This document shows, piece by piece, positions 18,985-29,565 of a stretch of 64,000 bases of DNA; positions within the stretch are counted from its first letter, which is position 1; the number at the start of each line of letters is the position of its first letter. The notes below the pieces were generated by a model. That model had not been told where the DNA came from. It made no database searches and saw only the letters and a list, made by a program, of their open reading frames with translations. This DNA is from a virus (taxonomy: Duplodnaviria > Caudoviricetes), in IMG/VR virus record IMGVR_UViG_3300021387_000147; one strand, written 5' to 3'. Position numbers and translations under genes: made by a program.

Positions 18985-19752
18985 TTAAAAACCTGCCTTT
19001 TCTGCACAATTTTGAAATAAATCAATATCTTCCATTTCTTCTGCAAATACACCTGGTGGAACTTCACCAACATAGTCATCTATATCTGAACGTTGTGCAA
19101 ATACATCTAACAATTCTTCTTTAGTGAAGTCTTCTAACCAACCTGGATTATCCTTTATGAAGATATTTACTGCTTTTGTTAGATATTCAACATTATTACC
19201 ATTAACTTCTTCATTTAGCTGAGGATTTTCAACTACATATCCAGCTTGTTCCAAAATCTGTTTTGCTTTATTAACGTTCATAGCTTCTCCTATTGTGTTC
19301 TTATTGATAACATCAACTACTTCTTTAATTGATTTACAACGAATAGCATCATGTTCTGTAGCTGAACGAATAATCTTAACTACATAATCTAATCCGTGTG
19401 ACCAAATAAAAAATCTAACTGGTGACTTTGATAAATCTGCAACAGTAATACCATCAGCATCTGCATCTACGTTTAAATCAACCTTTCTTGCAATTGCATC
19501 AGCAATACGTTGATTCATCATAACTTCACCTTGTCTAACAGTCTTTAAATCTGTTTCTGAGAATGGAGGACGATAATTTGGTTCAGTCACTCTTCTCATT
19601 GCTACTTCACTTGGAGCATTAGATGTTCTTAAACGTTTTTCTCTTGGACCAATTTCTGTGACTTTCTTTGCCCATGCTGGTTTTCTACCAGTGTTTATTA
19701 AATGCATATCACGTGCACTTGGTCTCCAATTATCATCATAAGTATTTGCCAT
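18985..19752 (-). CDS. Hypothetical protein with an internal GY-motif module (internal start 19281)
   Basis: Internal MNVNKAKQILEQAGYVVE preceded by AGGAG. Confidence 0.65.
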   Translation of the reverse strand: MANTYDDNWRPSARDMHLINTGRKPAWAKKVTEIGPREKRLRTSNAPSEVAMRRVTEPNYRPPFSETDLKTVRQGEVMMNQRIADAIARKVDLNVDADADGITVADLSKSPVRFFIWSHGLDYVVKIIRSATEHDAIRCKSIKEVVDVINKNTIGEAMNVNKAKQILEQAGYVVENPQLNEEVNGNNVEYLTKAVNIFIKDNPGWLEDFTKEELLDVFAQRSDIDDYVGEVPPGVFAEEMEDIDLFQNCAEKAGF

Positions 19753-19763
19753 ATTCTTACCTC

Positions 19764-20561
19764 TTAGTCACCACTCCAGTTTCCATTTGGATGGTCTTTA
19801 TAATATCTTCTTTGGTCTTCAGCAACAGAATCAAAGTAATCACTACCACGTTTCATTTCTTTTCTAACATATTCTTCATTATCATTCAACCACTGTTCTA
19901 TTTTATTTAAATTATCAGCAGTTAAATCATACTGACCTCTTGTCCAGGTATTACGAGTTGCTGTTAAACCATCAATATCTGATAAATTTATGAAAGCACA
20001 CAAACCAGACCATTTATAGAATGTACCATTTATCCAGTCAACATTTAATGTAATTGCTCTTTCAAATCTAGGGAATACAATTTCGTGGTCGCTAACTTTG
20101 CCATTTCTTTCTTCTAATTTAGCATTGGTTTCATTTTTAACAAGGTCTTTGTTGTATTTTTCAACTTCATCGCTTTTACTACGATAAATGTCTCGTACAC
20201 TTTCACCAGTATCAGCATCTATATTTGCTTTTTTCAAAAAGTAATTAATCATACCTTTGCAATTATTTAATTCATGTGTTATATTCCAAAAATCAGACAT
20301 ATAATTAGCAAGTTCAGAAACATCCATATCTACATATTTTTGCCACTTTGGATAATAAGATTTGAAAGTAGCAATAGCATTTCTTAAATGTTTCCAGTTA
20401 GTATCTTTTGTACCTTTTGGAAAATCATTAGCAGTAAAATTTTTACCATTTATAGTAAGAACTGCACTATTATGAGGTCCTTTATAATTTAAATCTATAT
20501 CAATTTTTTCACATATATAGCCATGTTCTTTTAATTCCAATATTGCTTCATTTAAATTCAT
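19764..20561 (-). CDS. Late protein with N-terminal MNLNEAILELKEHGY motif
   Basis: TATAAATA at 20577-20584; AGGAG RBS. Confidence 0.7.
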   Translation of the reverse strand: MNLNEAILELKEHGYICEKIDIDLNYKGPHNSAVLTINGKNFTANDFPKGTKDTNWKHLRNAIATFKSYYPKWQKYVDMDVSELANYMSDFWNITHELNNCKGMINYFLKKANIDADTGESVRDIYRSKSDEVEKYNKDLVKNETNAKLEERNGKVSDHEIVFPRFERAITLNVDWINGTFYKWSGLCAFINLSDIDGLTATRNTWTRGQYDLTADNLNKIEQWLNDNEEYVRKEMKRGSDYFDSVAEDQRRYYKDHPNGNWSGD

Positions 20562-20637
20562 AAAAACTCCTTACATTATTTATACAAAAAGAAAAGGTGT
20601 CATAAAGACACCTTATAAAATTATATCATACTAATCA

Positions 20638-23600
20638 TTATTTATCATTTGGTCTCTTATATCCAAATATCTTCATAGTATCATCTTTCTTAACTGTTCT
20701 ATCACCCTTCTTTTGTTCCTTATAGTCACATCTATGTTTTGCTATAGATTTAGACCAAAGTTTAGTGATATATGCACCTGTTCCTAATGCATGACCATTC
20801 TTTGCTTTTACATTTCCATCTTTATCTGATAGCCAATCTATTACCATCTGGACGGTTCCAGCAGAAGTAGTCTTAGCTTCATCATTCAATGTAAATTCAA
20901 TATTGAAGTCATTTACATAGTTTGCATTGTTTGTATATACCCACAAATGTAAGTTATAAGTGACATCATATAAAGGAATATTCAATCCATTCTTCTTATA
21001 ATCTTCCTTGAATTCATCAGTACAATGTTCTGCTACATAAGTTTCTACTGGAATTCCCTTAGTTGAAGCACCTACAATATTTCCTTTATCATCTACAGGA
21101 ATCATTCCATTCTTAACAATATCATCAAGAGTTGCTAATGAACCTGTTGGAGATACTGATGGCAATACAATATCAACCTTAAAGCCTACACCAATTACTT
21201 CTGGAAGACTATCATTCTTTGGATCTACAAATTTAACATCATAAGGTTTCTTATCATTATATTTGTGACCTTCTGAATAATACTCATCTACCTTATCTTT
21301 GTCTACTTTTGTGACAGGATGGACTAGAGTAATATCAATATCTTTTGCTTCTTTCATTATAACAGTTATTGTATCTTCAGCAACGTTTCCAGCCTTATCT
21401 ACATAACGTCTAATGATATGATTTACTCCCTTTTCCAATCTCTGTAGTGTCAAAGTGTCTTGAACTTCTCCATTTACAGTCCACTTAACTGGAATAGCAT
21501 TTGTATTAAATGATTCCATTGGAGTTGGATTTAAGATTTCAACCTTAGGTGGAATGTTATCAAAGATTATTTCTACCTTTGCGCTTGCTTTATTGCCATA
21601 ATCATCTGTATATTCATAAGCAATTGTATAAGCAATATTTCCTTCTTTATTCTTAACAATCTTCTTATTATCATCTACAGAATATGTGACCTTTGTGCAA
21701 GAGTCAATCATATAAGATACTTCATAATCACCAATCTTCTGACCAGTTAGATTATCAGTCTTATAAGATACTACTACATCTTTTCCATTTACTTTCTTTG
21801 TATATGTGACTGTCTGAACAGTGTCAACTGGTTTTCCAGTCTTTGTATCAATTACTTGTTTTAATTCAACTTCAACACCATCTACTTTAATTATTTCAAC
21901 TAATTCAGCCAAGTTATTTCCAATTGGAACTACTTTTGCCTTAGTTTCATCAATTATGTAGTTGTATTCAGTTAACTTAATATCCTTTGTAGAAACTGTA
22001 TCTAGAGTGACATCTATATTGAAATGCTTTTCTGTCTTATGAATTGTATCTTTTACAGTGACAGTAATTTCATTATTTTTCTTATTAACATAGATTTTAT
22101 CATCTTTTTCTTCTTCAATAGTAATATAGTCAATCAATGCATCAGTTGACTTAGCATTAGTCAAAGTGACAACTGGAGGTGCATCATTGAATAGAATTAC
22201 TACAGAATCACATACAGTCTTCTTTTCATTACATACCTTAATTATAGTATCTTTCTTAACAACTACATCCAAAGTATCATAATCACATTTAATACCTTCA
22301 CATAATTTCCATTCAATATTATGGTTAGGATCATTTGTCTTAATTGTATCTTTCTTTGGTTCATTGTCAATTGCAGTAATCTTTACATCTTCTTTTTCAT
22401 CGATTATATTGATTACGATAGTTGCAGTATCAGTATTTCCATTACCATCAGTGACAATAACTTTTACAGTATCTTTTGTTTTCTTTTCATAATCAATAGG
22501 ATTCTTGATTACTAATGTATCATCCTTAAATTCATAATTAGGGTTATCAATTACAATATAAGTTATGCTATCCTTATCCTCATCTGTTGCTGGGATTTGA
22601 CATACATTACCTACATAGTTTTCTTTAATTGTACAAGTCTTATCATCAACATGGACTGGTTCATTTACATTAGTAATTGTAATTACATATTTTAATGTAT
22701 CTTTATTATCAGCTTTATCTTTAACAACTACTGTAATTGTGACAGTTGGAGTTGTTTCATGATCAAATGGTTTTGTTGTTGTCAACTTACCAGTACTATC
22801 AATCTTAAATCCAGGTTCTTTTACACTATAGGATAATGTATCATTTTTATCTGGATCAATTGCTGTAATAATACCTATAAAACAAGTATCACAATTTTCT
22901 GGAACTTTTAATGTATCATTTGGTTGTAATACTGGAGGTTCATTAACATCTTTAATGTTTATAATTACTTTAGCGCTATCTTTATCTCCATTCTTTGTAT
23001 TAACATAGACAGTAATTGTATCTGCTTCCTTAGTTTCAAAATCAAATGGATTTACCAAGGTAAGTTTACCAGTGCTATCGATGTTATAATTAATAGAATC
23101 AGAGAGAGTAAATTTAATAGTGTCTCTAGGTCCATCTTCATCCCATGCTGTTATTGTTCCTAATACTCCTGTTGTATCTTCATTGATTGAGAATATTGTA
23201 TCTCTAACATGAACTGGTTCGTTTTCGTCGTTAATCTTTACAGACACATTCATAGTATCTTTTAATGTTCCATCAGAAACAACTACCTTGAATGTAAATT
23301 CTGTTTCCTTTTCATAGTCAAATGTTCTTGTAGATGTAATAACTCCATTGTTATCAATTTTAAATGGAACATTACCAACAATTGTATATGTTAACTTATC
23401 ACCATCTTGGTCAGTTGCTTTTACACTGTCCTTAAATGGCTTATTTTCATCAACATAGAATGTAGTATCATTCTTATCAAACTTAGGACTATCATTTGAA
23501 TTTGTAATGTTAACTGTGACGATAGCACTATCCTTCAAAGTTGGGTCATTCTTATCTTGAACTAATACTTTTAATGTATAAGTCTTCTGGTCTGCTTCAT

Positions 23601-25425
23601 AATCAAATGTTTTCTTAGCCCATAGTTCACCATCTGCATCTAATCTGAAGATGCTGGTGTCGCCTTCTAGAAGACTGAAGACGTTCTGAGTGAATTCAGA
23701 CTTAATATCAACATCAATAGCTATCAAAGTATCAATGCTCTTTGTTATAACATTATTTTCTTTTAGATCAATAGATACATCATTTATTGTAGGAGCTTCA
23801 TTAACGTCAATTACAGAAATTGGTAGATTTCTAGTAATAGAAACATTACCAGTATCTTTCAATGTGACCTTAATTACATCAGTGATTGCTTTTTCATAAT
23901 TCAAAGTATCACCAAACAAAGTCAATACACCAGTCAAACTATCTAATGTATATCTGTCAGTATATGCTGAATCCAAATAGAATCTTGTTGTTTCTGTCTT
24001 ATGTAGAACTTTAATTGAATCTACAAATCCTCTCTTATTTTCTTCAAACTTATAAGTATGAGTTGTATCGAATTCTACATTATTTTTTACATCAGCATCA
24101 ATAATTTTAATTGGTAATTCACCACTTGTTTCACCACCAGGCAAGACAGCACCACTAATACTATCAATCTTCATTACAAGAATATCATTTGTTTCTGTCA
24201 AATCATCTACTTTAACATTTATTTTAATAGTATCTAATGGAGACTTCTGACCAATAGGAATCTTTGTTGTGACTGTTGAATCACCACAAATTGGTAAATA
24301 AGGAGGCATATTGAAGTCTTCTAATGTGACTCCATCTTTAAATTCAAAGCAATATGTGAAGTATACATCAATAGTTGCTGTGTCTGATAGTTTAATTGGA
24401 ATAATAACAGTAGAGTCATTTTCCTTTAGACCACCTTGTTTATTCAATTCAGGGAAATCAAGTGTATCTGGGTCAAACTTAACGAAACGGAAATTTTCGC
24501 CTTTGAAATCGTCACCAATTTCAAGTTTGTTAGCAAGCATCTGTCCAGCAAAATCAAGATTACATTTCAAATACATTTTAGCTGTAGTAATGAATGAACC
24601 CTGAATAGGAACATTGTCAGTATTGTCAAATATAATGTCTTTGTTAGAATAAATTAAAACATTACCACGGTATTTACTTTGTGGCAAAACAGAATCACCA
24701 AGTATTACACTAATAGTAGTATGGTTACCGATAAACAAAGAATCAACGAAAATTCTTGTTAGTCGGTTCTGGGTCATGTGAATATAAATCTTACAACCAG
24801 TCTTACCATCTACGCAAGTCCAAATGTTCTTGAAATACAAGTCATATTGACCTTCTCCTTCGGGAACTTCAATAGTATCAGCTTGGTAATTATCGGTTAA
24901 AATAATGTCTTGTTGATAACCATCGGAAGGCCAAGTAATAGTAGGCATAGATAAATTAACTGGTGCTGGTGGAACACTATCACAAGACAATTTACCTTCA
25001 CCACGGGAAATACCTGTAGTTGTTGGAGCAACTGGAGTTTCTGTCAAACATATATTACCAGCAAAAATAGCCTGTTCGTTATCATTACCAGTAGTTAATG
25101 ACTTAGCACGAATAGGGCCAGTTGTGAATTGACATTGGTCACCAAGTGTAATAGTGCTATCTGTCAATACAGGACCACCTAAACTAATTCCTTCAGCAGA
25201 AGAAATTGGTCCTGACGAACCATTCCAACCTGACTTATCAGGAATGATTACACGGCGACCCATTTTAATATAGTCTGTACCATATAGCTTATACTGAAGC
25301 ATATAGTCATATTGGTCCTGTTGTAATGCAGAATCATTTGGTATATTTGAGAAATTGAATGGTCTATAATCTGCTGTGAAAGCAAATGCAACCAATAATA
25401 ATATAATTCCAATTATCTTTTTCAT
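20638..25425 (-). CDS. Secreted cadherin-repeat protein with Fibrobacter-type C-terminal domain
   Basis: Signal peptide; repeated DVNEAP, FDYE, ATDxDGD cadherin motifs; C-terminal ALGTGAYITKL...KIFGYKRP. Confidence 0.85.
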   Translation of the reverse strand: MKKIIGIILLLVAFAFTADYRPFNFSNIPNDSALQQDQYDYMLQYKLYGTDYIKMGRRVIIPDKSGWNGSSGPISSAEGISLGGPVLTDSTITLGDQCQFTTGPIRAKSLTTGNDNEQAIFAGNICLTETPVAPTTTGISRGEGKLSCDSVPPAPVNLSMPTITWPSDGYQQDIILTDNYQADTIEVPEGEGQYDLYFKNIWTCVDGKTGCKIYIHMTQNRLTRIFVDSLFIGNHTTISVILGDSVLPQSKYRGNVLIYSNKDIIFDNTDNVPIQGSFITTAKMYLKCNLDFAGQMLANKLEIGDDFKGENFRFVKFDPDTLDFPELNKQGGLKENDSTVIIPIKLSDTATIDVYFTYCFEFKDGVTLEDFNMPPYLPICGDSTVTTKIPIGQKSPLDTIKINVKVDDLTETNDILVMKIDSISGAVLPGGETSGELPIKIIDADVKNNVEFDTTHTYKFEENKRGFVDSIKVLHKTETTRFYLDSAYTDRYTLDSLTGVLTLFGDTLNYEKAITDVIKVTLKDTGNVSITRNLPISVIDVNEAPTINDVSIDLKENNVITKSIDTLIAIDVDIKSEFTQNVFSLLEGDTSIFRLDADGELWAKKTFDYEADQKTYTLKVLVQDKNDPTLKDSAIVTVNITNSNDSPKFDKNDTTFYVDENKPFKDSVKATDQDGDKLTYTIVGNVPFKIDNNGVITSTRTFDYEKETEFTFKVVVSDGTLKDTMNVSVKINDENEPVHVRDTIFSINEDTTGVLGTITAWDEDGPRDTIKFTLSDSINYNIDSTGKLTLVNPFDFETKEADTITVYVNTKNGDKDSAKVIINIKDVNEPPVLQPNDTLKVPENCDTCFIGIITAIDPDKNDTLSYSVKEPGFKIDSTGKLTTTKPFDHETTPTVTITVVVKDKADNKDTLKYVITITNVNEPVHVDDKTCTIKENYVGNVCQIPATDEDKDSITYIVIDNPNYEFKDDTLVIKNPIDYEKKTKDTVKVIVTDGNGNTDTATIVINIIDEKEDVKITAIDNEPKKDTIKTNDPNHNIEWKLCEGIKCDYDTLDVVVKKDTIIKVCNEKKTVCDSVVILFNDAPPVVTLTNAKSTDALIDYITIEEEKDDKIYVNKKNNEITVTVKDTIHKTEKHFNIDVTLDTVSTKDIKLTEYNYIIDETKAKVVPIGNNLAELVEIIKVDGVEVELKQVIDTKTGKPVDTVQTVTYTKKVNGKDVVVSYKTDNLTGQKIGDYEVSYMIDSCTKVTYSVDDNKKIVKNKEGNIAYTIAYEYTDDYGNKASAKVEIIFDNIPPKVEILNPTPMESFNTNAIPVKWTVNGEVQDTLTLQRLEKGVNHIIRRYVDKAGNVAEDTITVIMKEAKDIDITLVHPVTKVDKDKVDEYYSEGHKYNDKKPYDVKFVDPKNDSLPEVIGVGFKVDIVLPSVSPTGSLATLDDIVKNGMIPVDDKGNIVGASTKGIPVETYVAEHCTDEFKEDYKKNGLNIPLYDVTYNLHLWVYTNNANYVNDFNIEFTLNDEAKTTSAGTVQMVIDWLSDKDGNVKAKNGHALGTGAYITKLWSKSIAKHRCDYKEQKKGDRTVKKDDTMKIFGYKRPNDK

Positions 25426-25440
25426 TTTTAATTACCTTCC

Positions 25441-25641
25441 TTATACAATTCCTTTCTTCTTGCAGAAGTTTATCAATGCTCTAACAATAAAAATGCCGAT
25501 AAAGTCTACTATTATGAAGAATGTGTTGAACTCCACGAAGAATAACGGCAATCCTAGTAATGCACCTATAGCTGTAAGTATCGCACAAACCAACAATAAG
25601 TACATAAAAACATTTAGTGTTTTAAGTATTAATTCTTCCAT
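25441..25641 (-). CDS. Small two-TM membrane protein
   Basis: Two hydrophobic helices; promoter TTTACA-N17-TATATT at about 25670-25698. Confidence 0.6.
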   Translation of the reverse strand: MEELILKTLNVFMYLLLVCAILTAIGALLGLPLFFVEFNTFFIIVDFIGIFIVRALINFCKKKGIV

Positions 25642-25745
25642 TTTATCTTCCTATATATTTATTCATCAAAATATACCTATTTATTACATGCTTGTAAATA
25701 CCTGCATTAAAAAAAGAGCCAAATTACTTTGACTCTTTATTATCA

Positions 25746-26252
25746 TTATCCACATGAATCGGGAAGAGGTCCGCCACAGCCTGGAGAACCGCATCCAGTA
25801 TACCTATAATAAGTTCGCCCACATCCACCTCCAATTTCAATCCAACCTGGATTTAGTGAACTACCACATCCACCATATCCTCCACATGCAACAATATTTG
25901 GCATATACATGTATGGACTTGCCCACATATTACCACAGCCACCACAACCATGAGGCCATCCACTATTTCCACAACCGCCACATGCTACTATTGTATAAGA
26001 ATTTGTTGCAGAAATTCCACCGCCACTATGGCTACGTTTTCTCTTTTGTTCATAAGGCCATAGAGGTGGAACAGGAGGTTCCTTAGGTTTCTTTATTTTC
26101 TGATAAACATATCGTAATGCATCTGGAAGAGCCTTTCCTGTATTTGGACCAGATTGAGAATAACCTTGTCCACATCCTCCACCGCAAGCAGTTATACGTA
26201 AAGGTCTAAATCCTTTCGCATAAAAATGATTTTGCATTTCAATTAACTTCAT
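25746..26252 (-). CDS. Cys/Gly-repeat protein (CGGCG/GCG), candidate radical SAM substrate
   Basis: ACGGGCG, ACGGCG, GCGGCG, ACGGYGGCG, GGGCG, GCGSPGCGG, terminal SCG; ATGA overlap with the rSAM gene. Confidence 0.7.
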   Translation of the reverse strand: MKLIEMQNHFYAKGFRPLRITACGGGCGQGYSQSGPNTGKALPDALRYVYQKIKKPKEPPVPPLWPYEQKRKRSHSGGGISATNSYTIVACGGCGNSGWPHGCGGCGNMWASPYMYMPNIVACGGYGGCGSSLNPGWIEIGGGCGRTYYRYTGCGSPGCGGPLPDSCG

Positions 26253-27178
26253 AATATACCGTCTTCACCATTTTTCTTTAATAGCCAATCAATATAGACA
26301 GGATCTTTTTCATATTCTGTCACATCGTCATCCAATGTAAAATTACCAAAGACCCATCTTTCAAAATCAGTATTTGTCACAAAATCCCAATCATCATAGA
26401 TTTGTCCATCAATTGTTATTAAAATATCATTCACAAATATCTTATTACCATAGATTACCTTAGAATGTTCCATTCCTCTATGATAACTAATCAACATCTT
26501 ATCATCCCAAAATCTGTCATCATTACAGACCATGCATCCACCAGACATTTCATATTCATATTCGTTAATCAACTTTTCAAATACGTCATCTCTGTTCTTC
26601 AAATTATTTTTGTTAATCTGTCTATAATCTGCTCTGATACAAATAGAAACATTCTCTAAACCTCTATAAGGTTCTATAAAAGTCTTAAATTCATTTATAT
26701 CAAATGTTTGTGATAAAACGACATTCAATTTAATATGTTTCTTAATTAGATGAGCAAACATATCAATTGGTAGAACATCTTCATAGAACTGCTGATGCAT
26801 GTGTCTAGATACATTCAAACCTCCAATCTTTTCATTTTTGTTAATGAATTCAATCATTGGCTTGACTTTATCTAATTGCACAGTACCAGGATGGTCAGTA
26901 AATGTTGGGAATGTAGTATTGATATAAACAGGCTTTTCCATAGCATCAATTAGTCTTTGACACTTTTCTAGGTCGGCTAATGGTTCTCCACCTGTCAATA
27001 CATATTCTTGAATTAAAGGATTTTCGTTAATCTTTTTAATTTGTGCAATAATTGCATCCATATCACATGTTCTCTGCTTATACATTTGTTTGGATGTGCA
27101 GAATTTACAGTGATTATTGCAATCCCATGGCACAAAGATAGTGCAACTTAAATTACTTCTTCCTTTAATATATCTCAT
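26249..27178 (-). CDS. Radical SAM enzyme
   Basis: CNNHCKFC, LTGGEP; extra CMVC near the C-terminus; start MRYIKG after the promoter. Confidence 0.9.
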   Translation of the reverse strand: MRYIKGRSNLSCTIFVPWDCNNHCKFCTSKQMYKQRTCDMDAIIAQIKKINENPLIQEYVLTGGEPLADLEKCQRLIDAMEKPVYINTTFPTFTDHPGTVQLDKVKPMIEFINKNEKIGGLNVSRHMHQQFYEDVLPIDMFAHLIKKHIKLNVVLSQTFDINEFKTFIEPYRGLENVSICIRADYRQINKNNLKNRDDVFEKLINEYEYEMSGGCMVCNDDRFWDDKMLISYHRGMEHSKVIYGNKIFVNDILITIDGQIYDDWDFVTNTDFERWVFGNFTLDDDVTEYEKDPVYIDWLLKKNGEDGIL

Positions 27179-27198
27179 ATAATTCCTTTGTTTATCTA

Positions 27199-27238
27199 AA
27201 ATATACAAAAAAAGGACAGGAGCGTCAACCCCTGTCCT
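27199..27238 (-). promoter_or_regulatory. nrdD terminator overlapping a sigma70 promoter
   Basis: Stem GGACAGG/CCTGTCC plus T-run; the loop carries TTGACG, 17 nt before TATATT. Confidence 0.65.
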
Positions 27239-27257
27239 AATCTATTATCCAATTATT

Positions 27258-29408
27258 TTATAAATGTTTGACTCTATCATGAATATCGCCCATTCTACCT
27301 TGTGCCATATAATTTGCATTTCCAAGATAACCACAAACTCTACGAACAACATTCATTTTAGCCAAATCTGTATTTCCACATTGTTTACACTTCCAAATAA
27401 ACTTACCATCTTCATTTCTAATCATTTCAATGGTACCTGTAGAACCACAACAATGACACCAATCCAATTCTGTATTAATTTCACAATACATAATGTTATC
27501 ATAAATGTATTTGATTACAGACAAGATAGCTTCAACGTTGTTTTCCATATTTGGAGTTTCAATATAAGAAATAGCTCCACCTGGTGACAATTTCTGTAAT
27601 TCTGCTTCAATATCAATCTTCTTAAATGCATCAATCTTTTCAAAGACAGGAACGTGATATGAATTAGTGATATAGTTTCTATCAGTAATTCCTGGAATTG
27701 TACCAAATCTACGTTGCAATGCCTTAGCAAACTTTTCAGTAGTATTTTCAATTGGAGTTCCATATACAGAATAGTCAATCTTTTCTACTTGCTTCCAATC
27801 ACGGCATTTATCATTTAATGCTTGCATGATCTTCTTACCTAGAACCATTCCATCTTCATCTGTTAAAGACTTACCAATCAAGACTTTAACAGTTTCATAT
27901 AGACCAGAATATCCTAGTGAAATAGTTGAATATCCATTATATAGTAGCTTATCAATTGTTTCACCTTTACCTAATCTTGCGAAAGCACCGTTCTGCCATA
28001 GAATTGGAGCTACATCTGATTTAACACCTCTTAAATGTTCATGACGTAATCTTAATGCTCTATGACATAATTCCAATCTCTGTTCTAGAATATACCAGAA
28101 TTTTTCTAGGTCACCCTTTGCAGATAAAGCAACATCTGGCAAATTGATAGTGACAACACCCTGATTGAAACGACCATAGTACTTAGGTTTCTTTGTCTTT
28201 GGATCTCTATATGGAGTCAAGAATGAACGGCAACCCATACATGGATAGCAATCACCTGGTTCACCTTTCTTACTAATCTTCAATTGTTTCATGACTTTTT
28301 CTGAAATATAGTCAGGAACCATTCGCTTAGTAGTACATTCTGCAGCCAATTTAGTCAAATACCAATATTTACTATCTGGTGTGATATTATCTTCTTCCAA
28401 AACATATAATAGTTTAGGGAATGGATTTGCATAATACTGGCCATTTTCATTCTTAACACCTTTCATTCTTTGTTTTAAGATTTCTTCAATGACTAATGCT
28501 AAGTTTTCCTTTTCTTGTTCATTTTCTGCTTCATTCAAATACAAACAAACAGAAACGAATGGAGTCTGACCATTTGTAGTCTGTAATGTTAGAATTTGAT
28601 ATTGTAGAGTTTGTACACCATCTCTAATATCTTTTCTTACTAAATCTTCAATTTGTGCATCATTTAATGTTGGGAATTCTGATTTAAAGTAATCTCTTGC
28701 AACATTAATGAACTTAGACAAATGAGATGCAGTAATAGTTTGTCCACCATATTGAGAAGATGCAACTTGAGCAACAATCTGAGAAGCAATATTACAAGCA
28801 TTTCTAAATGTATGTGGCTTATCAATCTGTGTTCCTGAGATAATAGTACCATTTTGTAGCATATCATCCAAGTTAATTAAACAACAGTTGTGGATAGGCA
28901 TTGCAAAGTAGTCCATATCATGGAAGTGTATAATACCTTCTTTATGAGCATGGAATATATCACTTGGAATTAAATATCTTTGTGAAATATCCTTACTTAC
29001 TTCACCTGCCATATAGTCACGCATTGTAGAAACTATATTAGGATTCTTGTTAGCATTTTCTTGTTGAATATCTTCGTTATTACCGCTGAGTAATGACATT
29101 ATTCTATCATCAATCGTATTTTTACGTTCTGATAGAGCTTTTTGGTATGTGTATACCATGTATTCATCTGACACATCATATTTTCCAGCTTTATTTATGG
29201 CATCTTTTACCATATTTTGAATATCTTTATATCCAATTGAAACTGGAGAAGCTTTACATTTTTGTTCTATATCTTTAGCAATATCTTTTATTTCTTGTAT
29301 TGTTAATCTATCTTCGATTCTTACCTTTTCATTTGCTTTTGAAATAGATTCAATAATGTTATTCTTATTAAATGTGACTTCAGAACCATTACGCTTTCTA
29401 ATTATCAT
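27258..29408 (-). CDS. nrdD: Anaerobic ribonucleoside-triphosphate reductase with ATP cone
   Basis: IRKRNG ATP cone, HNCCL, CMGCRSFL, GRFNQGVVTINLP, RRVCGYLG glycyl radical loop. Confidence 0.97.
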   Translation of the reverse strand: MIIRKRNGSEVTFNKNNIIESISKANEKVRIEDRLTIQEIKDIAKDIEQKCKASPVSIGYKDIQNMVKDAINKAGKYDVSDEYMVYTYQKALSERKNTIDDRIMSLLSGNNEDIQQENANKNPNIVSTMRDYMAGEVSKDISQRYLIPSDIFHAHKEGIIHFHDMDYFAMPIHNCCLINLDDMLQNGTIISGTQIDKPHTFRNACNIASQIVAQVASSQYGGQTITASHLSKFINVARDYFKSEFPTLNDAQIEDLVRKDIRDGVQTLQYQILTLQTTNGQTPFVSVCLYLNEAENEQEKENLALVIEEILKQRMKGVKNENGQYYANPFPKLLYVLEEDNITPDSKYWYLTKLAAECTTKRMVPDYISEKVMKQLKISKKGEPGDCYPCMGCRSFLTPYRDPKTKKPKYYGRFNQGVVTINLPDVALSAKGDLEKFWYILEQRLELCHRALRLRHEHLRGVKSDVAPILWQNGAFARLGKGETIDKLLYNGYSTISLGYSGLYETVKVLIGKSLTDEDGMVLGKKIMQALNDKCRDWKQVEKIDYSVYGTPIENTTEKFAKALQRRFGTIPGITDRNYITNSYHVPVFEKIDAFKKIDIEAELQKLSPGGAISYIETPNMENNVEAILSVIKYIYDNIMYCEINTELDWCHCCGSTGTIEMIRNEDGKFIWKCKQCGNTDLAKMNVVRRVCGYLGNANYMAQGRMGDIHDRVKHL

Positions 29409-29565
29409 ATAACCTCTTTATAAACCTCTTTTAGTATAAACTCTTTTTCATATCACAAACATGTTTAGACTGAAAGTATTTTATTTATAACATGAACTTT
29501 GACATCCCAAATATAAAAAATCACAGAAAATATCTGTGATTTTGATATGAAAATTTTCCAAATAA

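Noticed and set aside
27258-29408. Intein or intron in nrdD (or in the DNA ligase)
   Set aside because: Lengths are normal and the motifs are contiguous
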